A DNA stretch of 64,000 bases from Gammaproteobacteria bacterium. GTDB taxonomy: Bacteria > Pseudomonadota > Gammaproteobacteria > Eutrophobiales > Eutrophobiaceae. How positions within the stretch are numbered: position 1 is the stretch's first letter; every line of letters begins with the position of its first letter. The stretch is from contig CAXMWX010000001.1 in NCBI GenBank assembly GCA_963422205.2, positions 32,001 to 96,000 of the forward strand, written 5' to 3'. This document shows positions 21,511-31,683 of the stretch, one piece after another. The notes under the pieces were generated by a model that saw nothing but the letters and a program-made list of their open reading frames with translations, was not told the DNA's origin and ran no database searches. The position numbers and the translations under genes are program-made.

Positions 21511-22677
21511 ATGCAGGGCCTGGATCAGTTATGGCTTGGTACCGGCCTCAGTCAGTTGACCTGGGGCCACCTCGCCATGATTATCATCGGGCTACTGTTG
21601 CTGTTCCTGGCGGTACGCAAGCAGTTCGAGCCGCTGTTACTGGTGCCCATCGGTTTCTCCGCCATCCTGGTGAACATCCCCGGTGCCGGTTTTGCTGCCG
21701 CCCCGGTGTATGCCGCCAGCGGCGAGTTGCTGGCCCCCGGCGGGCTGCTGTATTACATCTACGATGTCGGCCTTGCCACCGGTCTCTTTCCCCTGATCAT
21801 ATTCATGGGCGTTGGCGCCATGACCGACTTCGGCCCGCTGCTGGCCAATCCCAAGACCCTGTTCCTGGGCGCGGCAGCACAGTTCGGCATCTTCGCCACC
21901 ATCCTGGGGGCCCTGGCCTTATCGACTTATGGCATCGTTGATTTCTCCATAAAAGAAGCCGCCGCTATCGGTATTATCGGCGGGGCGGATGGCCCGACAG
22001 CGATCTTCATCGCCAGCCGCCTGGCCCCGGAGTTGCTGGGCGCCATTGCCGTTGCCGCTTACTCCTACATGGCGCTGGTGCCGATCATCCAGCCGCCCAT
22101 CATGCGTGCCTTGACCACAGAACAAGAGCGCCAGCTGGTGATGGTGCAGTTACGCATCGTCTCACAGCGGGAGCGGATCGCCTTCCCGTTACTCATGCTG
22201 GTGCTGGTCGCCCTGTGCCTGCCGTCCGCCGCCCCCTTGTTAGGCATGTTCTGCTTCGGTAATTTTCTGCGAGAATGTGGCGTGGTCAAACGCCTGTCAG
22301 AGACGGTACAGACCTCGCTGATCAATACGGTCACCATTTTTTTAGGGCTGGGTGTTGGCTCAAAACTCAACGTTGAGCAGTTCTTAAATACCAGGACCTT
22401 AGGGATATTGGTGTTAGGCATGGTGGCCTTTGCGATCGGCACGGCTGCCGGCGTGTTGATGGCAAAACTCATGAACCGGCTCTCCAGCAGCCCGGTCAAT
22501 CCGCTGATCGGTGCTGCTGGCGTCTCTGCCGTGCCGATGGCCGCCCGGGTCGCCAACCGGGTCGGCCAGCAATACAATCCGCAGAATGTCCTGCTCATGC
22601 ACGCCATGGGCCCGAATGTTGCCGGGGTCATCGGCTCGGCGGTGGCCGCCGGGGTGATGTTGAGCCTGCTTGGCTAA
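21511..22677 (+). CDS. oadB: Oxaloacetate decarboxylase beta subunit
   Basis: [37 protein letters not shown]. Confidence 0.96.
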   Translation: MQGLDQLWLGTGLSQLTWGHLAMIIIGLLLLFLAVRKQFEPLLLVPIGFSAILVNIPGAGFAAAPVYAASGELLAPGGLLYYIYDVGLATGLFPLIIFMGVGAMTDFGPLLANPKTLFLGAAAQFGIFATILGALALSTYGIVDFSIKEAAAIGIIGGADGPTAIFIASRLAPELLGAIAVAAYSYMALVPIIQPPIMRALTTEQERQLVMVQLRIVSQRERIAFPLLMLVLVALCLPSAAPLLGMFCFGNFLRECGVVKRLSETVQTSLINTVTIFLGLGVGSKLNVEQFLNTRTLGILVLGMVAFAIGTAAGVLMAKLMNRLSSSPVNPLIGAAGVSAVPMAARVANRVGQQYNPQNVLLMHAMGPNVAGVIGSAVAAGVMLSLLG

Positions 22678-22753
22678 GCGTTAAACAAGCCTACAGCGCC
22701 AGGTCAGGCGGCAGGTTAAGATGGCAAGTTACCTTACCTTGGGGGAGCAGCGC

Positions 22754-23114
22754 ATGAGCGTTTCATTTTTTTGAACGACCGATACTGAATTCGCCCTATG
22801 AGTACCCCTTTGCTCATTGGCAGTTGGATGAGGTCGGGCGGCCAACGCAGCACATCATCCGGGCGCGCCGGAAGGCCGAGTTTATCACGCCGGTGCCCGG
22901 GCCTACGCGGCGGGGGCGCACCACAGATCAGGCAGATATGATCCTCGATGACGGCGAGGGTCTGTCCACATCCGCCCAGGCATACAACCCCATGCCCATC
23001 ATCAACGAGTTGCGAAGCGAGGTGGACACATGGCGGGCGCTGCCGAGTGAGCGGGACTGGCTGGTGACGCCGGAGACCGCCCGCCTGCTCAAGCACTGGC
23101 GGCACTATCTTTGA
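22754..23114 (+). pseudogene. N-terminal fragment of a type III restriction Res subunit, frameshifted at a T7 run
   Basis: ATG 22754 MSVSFF, then +1 shift to ERPILNSPYEYPFAHWQLDEVG...IINELRSEVDTWR...VTPETARLLKHWRH, the typical N-terminus of type III Res helicase-nucleases; truncated. Confidence 0.75.
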
Positions 23115-23275
23115 TGAAGTGACCACCGATATCAATAAGATAAACAACGATGTGTATTACAGCTTGCAGGGGCAGCAGGATGAACAACAAGCTGATTGCA
23201 CTCATGCAATCTCCTATACTAATTATTTTATCAAGTGTATACTAAAATTAGCAATTAAATCTGCGCCAATATTTT

Positions 23276-24133
23276 ATGTCACATTTAGAAATAATCAAAA
23301 AGATTCTAGGAAAACCCTATTACGAAAATGAGTTTGGAGTCGTTTACCATATGGATTGCTCAGAAGGTTTGCAAAAGCTAAAAAGCTCAGAGGTATTTTT
23401 TGACGCAACCATAACAAGTCCGCCGTATAATATTGGAAAAGAGTACGAACAGATACTATATCTTGATGAATATATAAAATGGATTAGCTCCATTAGTGAT
23501 CTCGTTTACGAAAATACAAAACCAAACGGATCTTATCTCTTAAACCTTGGCTATCTTTCAGTAGAAGACAAAGGGCATGCTGTTCCAATTCCTTACTTGT
23601 TATGGAATAAAGTTAAATTCTATCTGAATCAGGAAATAGTTTGGAATTATGGCGCAGGAGTTGCAGCAAGAAAATATCTATCTCCTAGAAACGAAAAAGT
23701 TCTTTGGTATGTTAAAAATCCAAAAGAATTCACTTTTAATTTAAATGATATTAGAGACCCAGATGTTAAATATCCTAATCAAAAAAAGAATGGGAAGTTG
23801 CGCTGCAACACTTTGGGCAAAAATCCCTCGGATGTTTGGCAAATTGCGAAAGTTACATCCGGTAAGAATAGATCATCTAAGGAGCGAATGCCGCATCCTG
23901 CACAATTCCCAGAGGACTTAATAGAAAGAATGGTATTGGGCTTTTCAAATGAGGGGGAAATGATACTAGACCCATTCATTGGATCAGGGACAACCGCACG
24001 AACAGCCATGTTAAAGGAGAGGAAGTTTGTAGGATTTGAAATAGATAAAGCTTATTGCAAAACACTGAAAATGCGCCTAGAATCAACTATGGATGAAATC
24101 AAGCGAGAGCGAAGTGTTCTTAAGCTTTTTTAG
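23276..24133 (+). CDS. Beta-class N4-cytosine/N6-adenine DNA methyltransferase (M.ScaI-like)
   Basis: Motif IV TSPPY N-terminal, HPAQFP, motif I LDPFIGSGTT C-terminal; AT-rich; convergent with the REase. Confidence 0.92.
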   Translation: MSHLEIIKKILGKPYYENEFGVVYHMDCSEGLQKLKSSEVFFDATITSPPYNIGKEYEQILYLDEYIKWISSISDLVYENTKPNGSYLLNLGYLSVEDKGHAVPIPYLLWNKVKFYLNQEIVWNYGAGVAARKYLSPRNEKVLWYVKNPKEFTFNLNDIRDPDVKYPNQKKNGKLRCNTLGKNPSDVWQIAKVTSGKNRSSKERMPHPAQFPEDLIERMVLGFSNEGEMILDPFIGSGTTARTAMLKERKFVGFEIDKAYCKTLKMRLESTMDEIKRERSVLKLF

Positions 24134-24719
24134 TTCTTTCGTAGAGTGTTTTCAATTTGTATCTATAAACTTTTGGTGCAAGTCTTGCCTGCTGTCCAGT
24201 AGCTGCGGTCTGCGCTATCCAATCGGAGTGCTCTAAATAACCAAACCGAATGATAAGTATTTCGGGGCGTTTTTTTGTAGGTGTAAATTTTTGAAAATTA
24301 ATAGTGATATAGTAGCCATCCTTATTTTTCAGCCCATTACTAGAGTTTGGTTGTGCATAACTTCGATTCCCAAATATTTGATTTGGATGTGAAGAACCTT
24401 TAATTTCTACGCTCAATGTTTCGTCTTTAAGATGGTGAATATCTTTTTCTGATTTGGTCGTTCCCACTGTATATAATTCCTTGTGGTTCAGTGATAGATA
24501 ATGAGCCACTAATTCGTGCAGAAAAAAGCTCATAATCTGCGGGGTGGGGAAAATCTCTTTACCAATTTGGAAAGAGCCAATTTTAGAGTTAAATATATCG
24601 TCCCATGATTTCAATACAACATCTACAATTTCCTTTTCTTTAAGAGGGTGTTTCTTAATTAAAGATTTGGTTATGGTTTCCCAGTTTTTTGTTTCCTTGT
24701 CTTGATATGGCGAAGTCAT
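24120..24719 (-). CDS. Type II restriction endonuclease, ScaI family
   Basis: SPY...KHPL...VLKSWDDIF...IFPTPQIMSFFLHEL...EKD...VEIK.SS...IFGNRSYAQ recalls the ScaI family. Confidence 0.8.
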   Translation of the reverse strand: MTSPYQDKETKNWETITKSLIKKHPLKEKEIVDVVLKSWDDIFNSKIGSFQIGKEIFPTPQIMSFFLHELVAHYLSLNHKELYTVGTTKSEKDIHHLKDETLSVEIKGSSHPNQIFGNRSYAQPNSSNGLKNKDGYYITINFQKFTPTKKRPEILIIRFGYLEHSDWIAQTAATGQQARLAPKVYRYKLKTLYERTKKA

Positions 24720-24722
24720 AGA

Positions 24723-24938
24723 TTATTTGAAATCAAGCAGTTCTTTAATTGGCATATCTAAAGAATTTGCAATCTTTTCGATATTTTCCAAAGTAATGTT
24801 CTTTTCTGCGCGTTCAATCATTCCGATATAAGTTCGGTGAACCTTAGCGCGTGAAGCTAGTTCTTCTTGTGATAAATTTAACCTATTACGTTCGGCTCGG
24901 ACTTTGTTTCCGAATTTTATTAAAATTTTTCGTTTCAT
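24723..24938 (-). CDS. R-M controller (C) protein, Xre HTH
   Basis: FGNKVR...LSQEELA...VHRTYIGMIERAEKNITLENIEKIA; 3 bp upstream of the REase. Confidence 0.88.
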   Translation of the reverse strand: MKRKILIKFGNKVRAERNRLNLSQEELASRAKVHRTYIGMIERAEKNITLENIEKIANSLDMPIKELLDFK

Positions 24939-25077
24939 ATTAATAGCTATAGCTTATTCATTTGCTAACTTTGGTTCTACATACTACAATTATCATGTGA
25001 TGCTTAACTTATCTGTTACACGGTGGAGCAAGCTAAAAATTTTCTTTTCCGCTTTGCGAGAGGAGGTCTATGGGCGC

Positions 25078-26300
25078 TCAAAAAATTCACTCGTGGCTTT
25101 TTGATTGTTGCGCCGGGGCTGACTATCAAAGGCCGCTTGGGCGTCAGAGCCTTTGGCACACAGCTTTTGTGCGAGCAGGTGATTGGCCGCGCACTGCGGC
25201 GACAGTCCTATGATCTGAACGAAGACAATCGCTTTAATGTCGAATATGCCGATGTGCTGGGCATTCCGTTTGACTTTACCGCCAAGCCGGTCGAGGCGCC
25301 CGTGCAGCCGCCGCGAGAAACCATCCGGGTAACAGCCGTTCGCCCCGAGCGCGATGCCCTGGAAATCCGTTTCCCGCGTGTCACAGGCTACCGCGTGGAG
25401 TTGCCGGAAGACCGGCTGAGTGCGGCATTTAGCGATGACCATAAGTTGGAACTGACGCCCGAAATGGTCGGTGCGACCGAAACGCATAACGAGGGCATCA
25501 TCGGCGAGGGGGTGGTGCTGAACCTTGAGGACTTGCAGAATGTGCGCCGCTCAACGCTGCTATTTCATCTCACCAAGAGATTGCTTTATAATGAATGGCG
25601 CGACCCGGATGGGGCGCCAAAGCACCACCTGTTCGGGCAACTCAAGCGCATTACCCGGCAGTGGCTGGATAGCTGTCTTATCTGCAAGGGCGGCACCTAC
25701 CCGGCGCAGCTGATGTATCTGGAACTGGCGGACAGGGCCTGTTCGAGAATCACGGCGGCGATCACACAGGCCGAGCACAGCAAAGACCGCCCCATCCGCG
25801 CCATGCTGGATCCCTACAACCCCGCCGGCTCCACCCGCCACGTCAACTTCACCACCTCGAAGACCGAGCGCTGGCAGACCGACCCGCGCAAGTGCCATAT
25901 CAACTGGGTGATTCTCGATAGCGGCTGGGAGGCGGAGTTCTGCCGCGTGGCCGAGGCGCACAAGCGCGTGCTTGCCTACGTCAAAAACCACAATTTGGGG
26001 CTGGAAGTGCCCTATCGCTACGCGGGCGCGGCGCACAACTACCGTCCCGACTTTATCGTGCAGCTCGACGATGGGCAGGATGACCCGCTCAATCTGATTG
26101 TCGAGATCAAGGGGCAGCGCCACGATCAAGACAAGGCCAAAAAGCTCGCCATCGAAACGTGCTGGATACCCGGCGTCAACCACCTTGCCACCTATGGCCG
26201 CTGGGCCTTCGCCGAATTTACCGCTGTATTCGATATGCAGCAGGACTTTGCAGACAGGGTGGAGCAAGCGTTTGATGACATGCTACAGACCGCTTTATAA
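25078..26300 (+). pseudogene. C-terminal remnant of a type III Res subunit with an internal deletion
   Basis: KKFTRGFLIVAPGLTIK joined directly to LGVRAFGTQLLCEQVIGRALRR (helicase motif VI); nuclease motif YRPDFIV...VEIKG; lies in ORF 25023..26300. Confidence 0.8.
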
Positions 26301-26437
26301 CTTCAGAAACACACTGCACGGCTCAGAGAGAAAGCGAGAGCACTATCAGCATATAGGGTATCGAATAAAAGACTTTTATCGCACGGGCAGCCATGCAATA
26401 AGGGCGGACATGAATAATCAAATCGCCGCACAGCGTC

Positions 26438-26464
26438 CCTGCTTGCGTGCTGCGTGCAGGCAAG
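26438..26464. repeat. REP-like hairpin element, family A
   Basis: CCTGCTTGCGTGCTGCGTGCAGGCAAG interrupts AQR-VSVLRFW. Confidence 0.6.
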
Positions 26465-26522
26465 TCAGTGTGCTTAGATTCTGGGACAAGCATGGCCTGA
26501 CCCGCCCTTGACCACAGTGGCA

Positions 26523-26545
26523 GTGGTTCGACAAGCTCACCCACC
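26523..26545. repeat. REP-like element, family B
   Basis: GTGGTTCGACAAGCTCACCCACC; inverted relative of 27228-27250. Confidence 0.65.
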
Positions 26546-26784
26546 AGAGCCGCCGTACCCTGTATGCCTGGCGCAAAGCCTACCGCGAGTGGGGACTGTC
26601 TGGCTTGTGTCCGACCCCCAAAGCACCGAAGCGCACTCGCCGCTGACCACAAGCGGTTATCCAGCAGATACGCCAACGGCGCCAAGACCTGCCCAATCTG
26701 GATAAAGAGCAGTGTCAGGTACTGCTCAGATCCTGGTGTCAGGCCAGGGGATTGCCCTGTCCCAGTACTTCGACCATTGGCCGC

Positions 26785-26810
26785 CCTGTCTGTGCGGGTA
26801 CGCAGACGGG
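26785..26810. repeat. REP-like hairpin element, family A
   Basis: CCTGTCTGTGCGGGTACGCAGACGGG inserted between TIGR and LIAD; 26 bp, causes a frameshift. Confidence 0.65.
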
Positions 26811-27227
26811 CTGATTGCCGATACCCCCGACAAGAGGCGAATCTCACCCCCGGCCTTGAGCCCGAAGGGGAAAGCCAAAGCCTATCGAAGAACCCCCGTC
26901 ACACGCCGCCCTAAAGGCTATCGCCCCAGCCAGATTGGCGAGTGTGTGGGACTGGACGCCATCGAGCGGCGTAGGCAGGTGGCCGGGGGGTATCTCCTCA
27001 CCTCTATTGACGAAGCCAGTGGCTATGCCTTAGTCCTGGCGGTGCCGAAACGGAGCAGCCAAGCTGCCAGAGACTTCTTTGAGACGTGTTTCCGCTTGAC
27101 CCCCTTCCCCATCCAGCAGGTGATTACCGACAGTGGCGTTACGTTCAAGGGCGCGTTTGACCAACGGCTCAATGATAGTCAGATCCTGCATCTATACACC
27201 TATCCCAAAACCCCCAAAATGAATGCC

Positions 27228-27250
27228 GTGGCTGGTGAGCTTGTCGAACC
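27228..27250. repeat. REP-like element, family B
   Basis: GTGGCTGGTGAGCTTGTCGAACC inserted between MNA and ICER; 23 bp, causes a frameshift. Confidence 0.7.
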
Positions 27251-27287
27251 ATCTGTGAGCGTTCTAATCGCACCAGTCAAGAGCAGT

Positions 27288-27317
27288 CCTGCCTGTGCGT
27301 GTCCGCACGCAGACAGG
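27288..27317. repeat. REP-like hairpin element, family A
   Basis: CCTGCCTGTGCGTGTCCGCACGCAGACAGG, with stem TGCGTG/CACGCA and CCTG/CAGG ends. Confidence 0.7.
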
Positions 27318-27383
27318 CGAGAAGCCAATGTAGACCGCTTAACTTCCTAAGACCCCCTGTTTTAAGCGCACCCGTCAATTTCA

Positions 27384-27451
27384 TGCTGCGCTGCAAGTAA
27401 TAATTTATAACTGCATGAAATATATAGTGTTTAAAATTTTGCAATGCAGCA
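27384..27451. promoter_or_regulatory. Two inverted TGCTGCRYTGCAA boxes upstream of the SDR gene (PhaR-like operator?)
   Basis: TGCTGCGCTGCAA at 27384-27396 and TTGCAATGCAGCA at 27439-27451, within an AT-rich spacer. Confidence 0.4.
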
Positions 27452-27502
27452 ATTCCAAGTTACAATCTCACCATTAACGCAACTGTAAGCAGAGTGTGAA
27501 CC

Positions 27503-28318
27503 ATGCAGATACAAGATAAAGTCGCCATCGTCACCGGTGCGGCCAGCGGTATTGGTCGGGCGGTGTCCCTGGAGCTTGCCCGGCGTGGCATAAAGAAGCT
27601 GGCCATGATTGATCAGTCCGAGCAGATCAGAATTGCCGCTGAACAGGTGAATAATGAGGTGGATGCAGAGGTAGCCGTCACTTATCAGGGGGATGTCACG
27701 AACGATGCCTTCCGTGTCAATGTCTATGATAAAATCTGCCAGCAATACGGGGTCGTGAATATTTGTATTCCGGCCGCCGGCATCACCCGTGATGCACTGG
27801 CGGTCAAGGTGAATAAAGAGACCGCCGAGGCCATGGTGTATCCCAAGGCACATTTTGAGCTGGTGGTGAATGTCAATCTGATTGCCCCGATCTACTGGGC
27901 GATGGAGATGATTGCCCGTGTTGCCGAGGACCGTGCCCGGCGGGGGTTAAAGCGCTGGCATCCTGATGAACACATGCAGGGGACGGTGATCTTTATCGGC
28001 TCGGTCTCCTCCCAGGGCAACAAGGGCCAGGTCTCCTATGCCTCAACCAAGGCCGGCCTTGAAGGTGCCGCCTCCACCCTGACCAAGGAGGCCATCTTCC
28101 ACGGCGTGCGTTGTGGCGTGATTCATCCGGGCTTTACTGATACCCCCATGGTAAGAGCACTGGGTGAAGACTATATCGAGAGCCACATCCTGCCGGATAC
28201 ACAAATAGGCCGACTTATCCGCCCCACTGAAATTGCCGATGCCATTTGCTTCATGATAGCCAACTCGATCGTCTCCGGGCAGTTATGGGCCGATGCTGGC
28301 TGGCACCCTTCAGCATAG
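27503..28318 (+). CDS. Short-chain dehydrogenase/reductase (3-oxoacyl/acetoacetyl-CoA reductase-like)
   Basis: TGAASGIG, AGITRD, GQVSYASTK, HPGFTDTPM. Confidence 0.9.
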   Translation: MQIQDKVAIVTGAASGIGRAVSLELARRGIKKLAMIDQSEQIRIAAEQVNNEVDAEVAVTYQGDVTNDAFRVNVYDKICQQYGVVNICIPAAGITRDALAVKVNKETAEAMVYPKAHFELVVNVNLIAPIYWAMEMIARVAEDRARRGLKRWHPDEHMQGTVIFIGSVSSQGNKGQVSYASTKAGLEGAASTLTKEAIFHGVRCGVIHPGFTDTPMVRALGEDYIESHILPDTQIGRLIRPTEIADAICFMIANSIVSGQLWADAGWHPSA

Positions 28319-28420
28319 TATAGATAATACCGCCAGCAGGATTGACGGCATATCGGCCCAAGGCCAGGGTGTTGCACATGCACAGGATGAGGTGAAGGGT
28401 GATGTGTAAGCATAGCTGCC

Positions 28421-29446
28421 TCAGTGATCGATTAATGCCACTCCCATGGCGGACAGGGGTTTCACCAGCCTGCCGATTTTGATGGCATAATCGCTGGTCG
28501 CATTGCCCTCCAGTGCGCGTTTTTTTACTCCCTGGGTGATGGCGGCAAAGCGAAAAAAATTAAAGATTAGATAAAAATTCCAATCGGGAATGTCAGCGAT
28601 GCCCATGCGCTGGCAGTAGGTTGCCACGTAGGCGGCTTCGGACGGAATCCCCAGTGCCGTTCGATCCAGATCGCCCAAGCCTTTTATCTCGCCCCGGGCG
28701 GCCATCCGCCACTGCATGCACTGATAGGCAATATCCGCCCAGGGGTGGCCCAGCGTGGAAAGCTCCCAGTCCAGCAGGGCGATGATCGTGTTTTCTGTCG
28801 GATGGAAGATGAGGTTATCCAGACGAAAATCACCGTGGATCAGGCTGATCTTGCCATCATCTGCTGGCAGGTTGGCGGGCAACCACTGCATCAGGTGTTC
28901 CATGGTGCTGATGGCTTCGGTTTCGCTGGCGCGGTATTGCTGCTGCCAGCGGCTTATCTGGCGTTCGAGATAATGGCTTTTTTTACCGTAATTGCCGAGG
29001 CCCACGGCGGCTATATCGACTTGATGCACGGCGACCAGCGCCCGATTCATGGCATCATAAATGTCTGCCCGTTGGTGGCGATCTAATTCAGGCAAGGCGG
29101 GGTCAGAGAAACTCCGTCCCTGTGCATAACTCATCACATAAAACATGCTGCCGATGATCGACTCATCGTCGCACAGGTGGATGGGCGTGGGCGTTGGCAC
29201 GTCTGTCTTGTCCAGGGCGGTGAGGATTCGAAACTCCCGGTCAATCGCATGGGCAGATTTCAGCAACGTACCCGGCGGTTTTCTCCTCAGCACATATTGG
29301 CCGGATGCTGCATGCAGCAAATAGGTAGGGTTGGATTGCCCAACGGCGAACTTCTGCATGGCGACCGGGCCCTTAAAACCACGGATCTGTTGCTCAAGAT
29401 AGTCGGTCAGCCGGCCGCTTGCCGCCTCCTCTGTGGTCTTTTGCAT
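28421..29446 (-). CDS. APH-family phosphotransferase (ACAD10/11 kinase domain or LvaA-like)
   Basis: GQSNPTY, LRRKPPG...SAHAIDRE, HGDFRLDN, LDWELSTLGHP. Confidence 0.9.
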   Translation of the reverse strand: MQKTTEEAASGRLTDYLEQQIRGFKGPVAMQKFAVGQSNPTYLLHAASGQYVLRRKPPGTLLKSAHAIDREFRILTALDKTDVPTPTPIHLCDDESIIGSMFYVMSYAQGRSFSDPALPELDRHQRADIYDAMNRALVAVHQVDIAAVGLGNYGKKSHYLERQISRWQQQYRASETEAISTMEHLMQWLPANLPADDGKISLIHGDFRLDNLIFHPTENTIIALLDWELSTLGHPWADIAYQCMQWRMAARGEIKGLGDLDRTALGIPSEAAYVATYCQRMGIADIPDWNFYLIFNFFRFAAITQGVKKRALEGNATSDYAIKIGRLVKPLSAMGVALIDH

Positions 29447-29466
29447 CGGCTCAGGAAGCCGCCGGT

Positions 29467-30678
29467 CTAACCGCCTGCATAGTGTTTTAACACCTGCTTT
29501 GCCAGCGCCTGTATATGCACCTGATCCGGCCCATCAGCAATGCGAATCGTCCTGGCATAAGCAAAGGCCCGGGCGAGAAACGTATCCTGACACAGGCCCT
29601 TGGCGCCGTAGGCCTGGATCGCCCGGTCAATGACATGTTGTGCCATTATCGGGGCGATGATCTTGATCATCCCGATCAGATGACGGGCGGCTTTTTTGCC
29701 TTGCTGATCGATCATATCAGCGGCTTTTAAGGTGAGCAGGCGCGCTTGTTCGATCTCGCATTGAGAGCGGGCGATGTCTTCCCGAATACTGCCCTGCTCA
29801 CTGAGTTTTTTGCCGAAGGCGATACGTGCTTCGGTACGTACACACATCAACTCCAGCGCCCGCTGGGCGCAACCAATCAGACGCATGCAATGGTGGATAC
29901 GCCCCGGCCCCAAGCGTGCCTGGGCGATCTCAAACCCCCGGCCCTCGCCGAGCAACAGGTTGCCCGCCGGCACACGCACCTGGTCGAATTCGATCTCGGC
30001 ATGACCATGCGGGGCATCATCGGCACCAAACACGGTCAGCGGCCGAATGATGTTCACACCCGCCGTATCTATGGGCACGAGCAGTTGCGATTGCTGCCTG
30101 TGTGTTTCTGCATCGGGGTTGGTCTTGCCCATGACGATGAGCAGCTGGCAGCGTGGATCGAGCGCCCCGGTCGTCCACCATTTGCGTCCGTTGATAATGT
30201 AGTCATCACCTTGCCGGGACATTTGGCATTCGATATTGGTCGCATCCGCCGAGGCCACGGCGGGTTCAGTCATGCAGAAGCCGGAGCGGATCTCCCCTGC
30301 AAGCAGCGGCACCAGCCAGCGTGTTTTCTGCGCCGGGCTGCCGAACTCTGACAGGATTTCCATATTGCCAGTATCAGGTGCATTGCAATTAAAGACCTCA
30401 GGGCCAATCAGTGAGCGCCCCATGATCTCTGCCAGTGGGGCATATTCCAGGTTGGTCAGGCCATGGCCGTATTCCGGTTGCGGATGAAACAGGTTCCACA
30501 GGTCGGCGGCCTTTGCCCTTGCCTTGAGGGCTTCCATGATCGGCGGCACAGTCCAGCGGTTATCGGCGCTTGCAATAAAGTCATCGTAGCCTTGCTCTGC
30601 CGGGTAGACATGTTGCTGCATAAATTCCGACACACGGCGGATGAGTGCCTTTACCTTGTCTGAATGATCAAAGTCCAT
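29467..30678 (-). CDS. Acyl-CoA dehydrogenase (ACAD10/11-like)
   Basis: [45 protein letters not shown]. Confidence 0.93.
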   Translation of the reverse strand: MDFDHSDKVKALIRRVSEFMQQHVYPAEQGYDDFIASADNRWTVPPIMEALKARAKAADLWNLFHPQPEYGHGLTNLEYAPLAEIMGRSLIGPEVFNCNAPDTGNMEILSEFGSPAQKTRWLVPLLAGEIRSGFCMTEPAVASADATNIECQMSRQGDDYIINGRKWWTTGALDPRCQLLIVMGKTNPDAETHRQQSQLLVPIDTAGVNIIRPLTVFGADDAPHGHAEIEFDQVRVPAGNLLLGEGRGFEIAQARLGPGRIHHCMRLIGCAQRALELMCVRTEARIAFGKKLSEQGSIREDIARSQCEIEQARLLTLKAADMIDQQGKKAARHLIGMIKIIAPIMAQHVIDRAIQAYGAKGLCQDTFLARAFAYARTIRIADGPDQVHIQALAKQVLKHYAGG

Positions 30679-30685
30679 GCGATTA

Positions 30686-31381
30686 TCAACTCAGCGTGAT
30701 GCGTGCTCGATGCTGTGCGGTATCGAGATGCGGGAGGGTATTAAACGACGCCAGTTGAATCTCATCGCCAGCGTAGTAACACTGTGTTATGGAGCTGTTT
30801 CGTATCTGCATGTTGAGCGCCACCGCCTGTGGGTAGGGCAGTTGCAAAATCTTAAATAACAGCATACTGATAACACCGCCAGAGGTCATCATCAAGCGAT
30901 GCCGGCCTTTATCATCTCGCTGGCAGATGTCGGTTAACATTGTGCTGGTGCGCTCCCTGAAGTCGTGCCAGGTCTCGGTGATCCTGCCATCCAGCTTGCC
31001 TTCATGCCAGGCCAGCAATGACTTTTTAATCACGCGGTAGAACAGGGCAGCATCCTGGTGCTGGCGTTTGTGACTCAGCCCGATATCCTCATCCTCTGGA
31101 TAGCATTCGGCATAGGCCCGGTGCAACTCGGTAAAACGATATTCGTTTAGTTTTGGACTGCGCTGTATCTGCACCTCCTGCGGGCATTCGGCCAGCATAT
31201 TGTCAAGCGTTTGCTGATGCCGATGATGGGTGCCGCTGATGATTGTATCAAACCGCAAGCAACGCTCGGCAAAATACTGCCCCAGCGCGGTTGCCTGTTG
31301 CCTTCCAATGGCAGAGAGACGATCGTAATCATCGGTCCCGAATGCGGCCTGTGCATGACGGATTACATAGAGTTCGGACAT
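30686..31381 (-). CDS. Histidine phosphatase superfamily protein
   Basis: IRHAQA (RHG variant), DYDRLS, LNEY, TSGG, NSSIT. Confidence 0.85.
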   Translation of the reverse strand: MSELYVIRHAQAAFGTDDYDRLSAIGRQQATALGQYFAERCLRFDTIISGTHHRHQQTLDNMLAECPQEVQIQRSPKLNEYRFTELHRAYAECYPEDEDIGLSHKRQHQDAALFYRVIKKSLLAWHEGKLDGRITETWHDFRERTSTMLTDICQRDDKGRHRLMMTSGGVISMLLFKILQLPYPQAVALNMQIRNSSITQCYYAGDEIQLASFNTLPHLDTAQHRARITLS

Positions 31382-31683
31382 CTGTTACCTACAGACTGCT
31401 CATCTGAACGATCAAAGAATCTTCATCTACCCGCAGGCGACCTTGCTTGTCAAACAGCCGTTGTCTGCTCGCATGTCACCACAGGGCCTGTGCAGCCAGC
31501 CACGCCGCGCTGCCTGGCGCCATTCTCTCCCGCCCTGTGCTGCCCGCAGGCAGGTTTCGTTCGGATGGGCGCAGGGGCGGTGGGCCATGCTAGGCGCCCG
31601 GCATGGAAGCGGTCAGCTTGAATTGACGTAAACCACACGGGCAAACCCGCTGAGATGTTCCTGCCCTGCTCATCTGCTCCTGC

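Larger units (their letters stand above)
26340..27360 (+). mobile_element. Degenerate IS481-like/rve DDE transposase
   Basis: Pieces in different frames: LRFWDKHGL, SRRTLYAWRK, STIGR-LIAD, VGLDAIE, IDEASG, ITDSG, YTYPKTPKMNA-ICERSNRT; stops and frameshifts present. Confidence 0.75.

Noticed and set aside
23119-23331. 70-aa ORF at the left junction of the ScaI-like cassette
   Set aside because: It straddles the GC/AT boundary, overlaps the methylase start and has no motif; probably junction debris.
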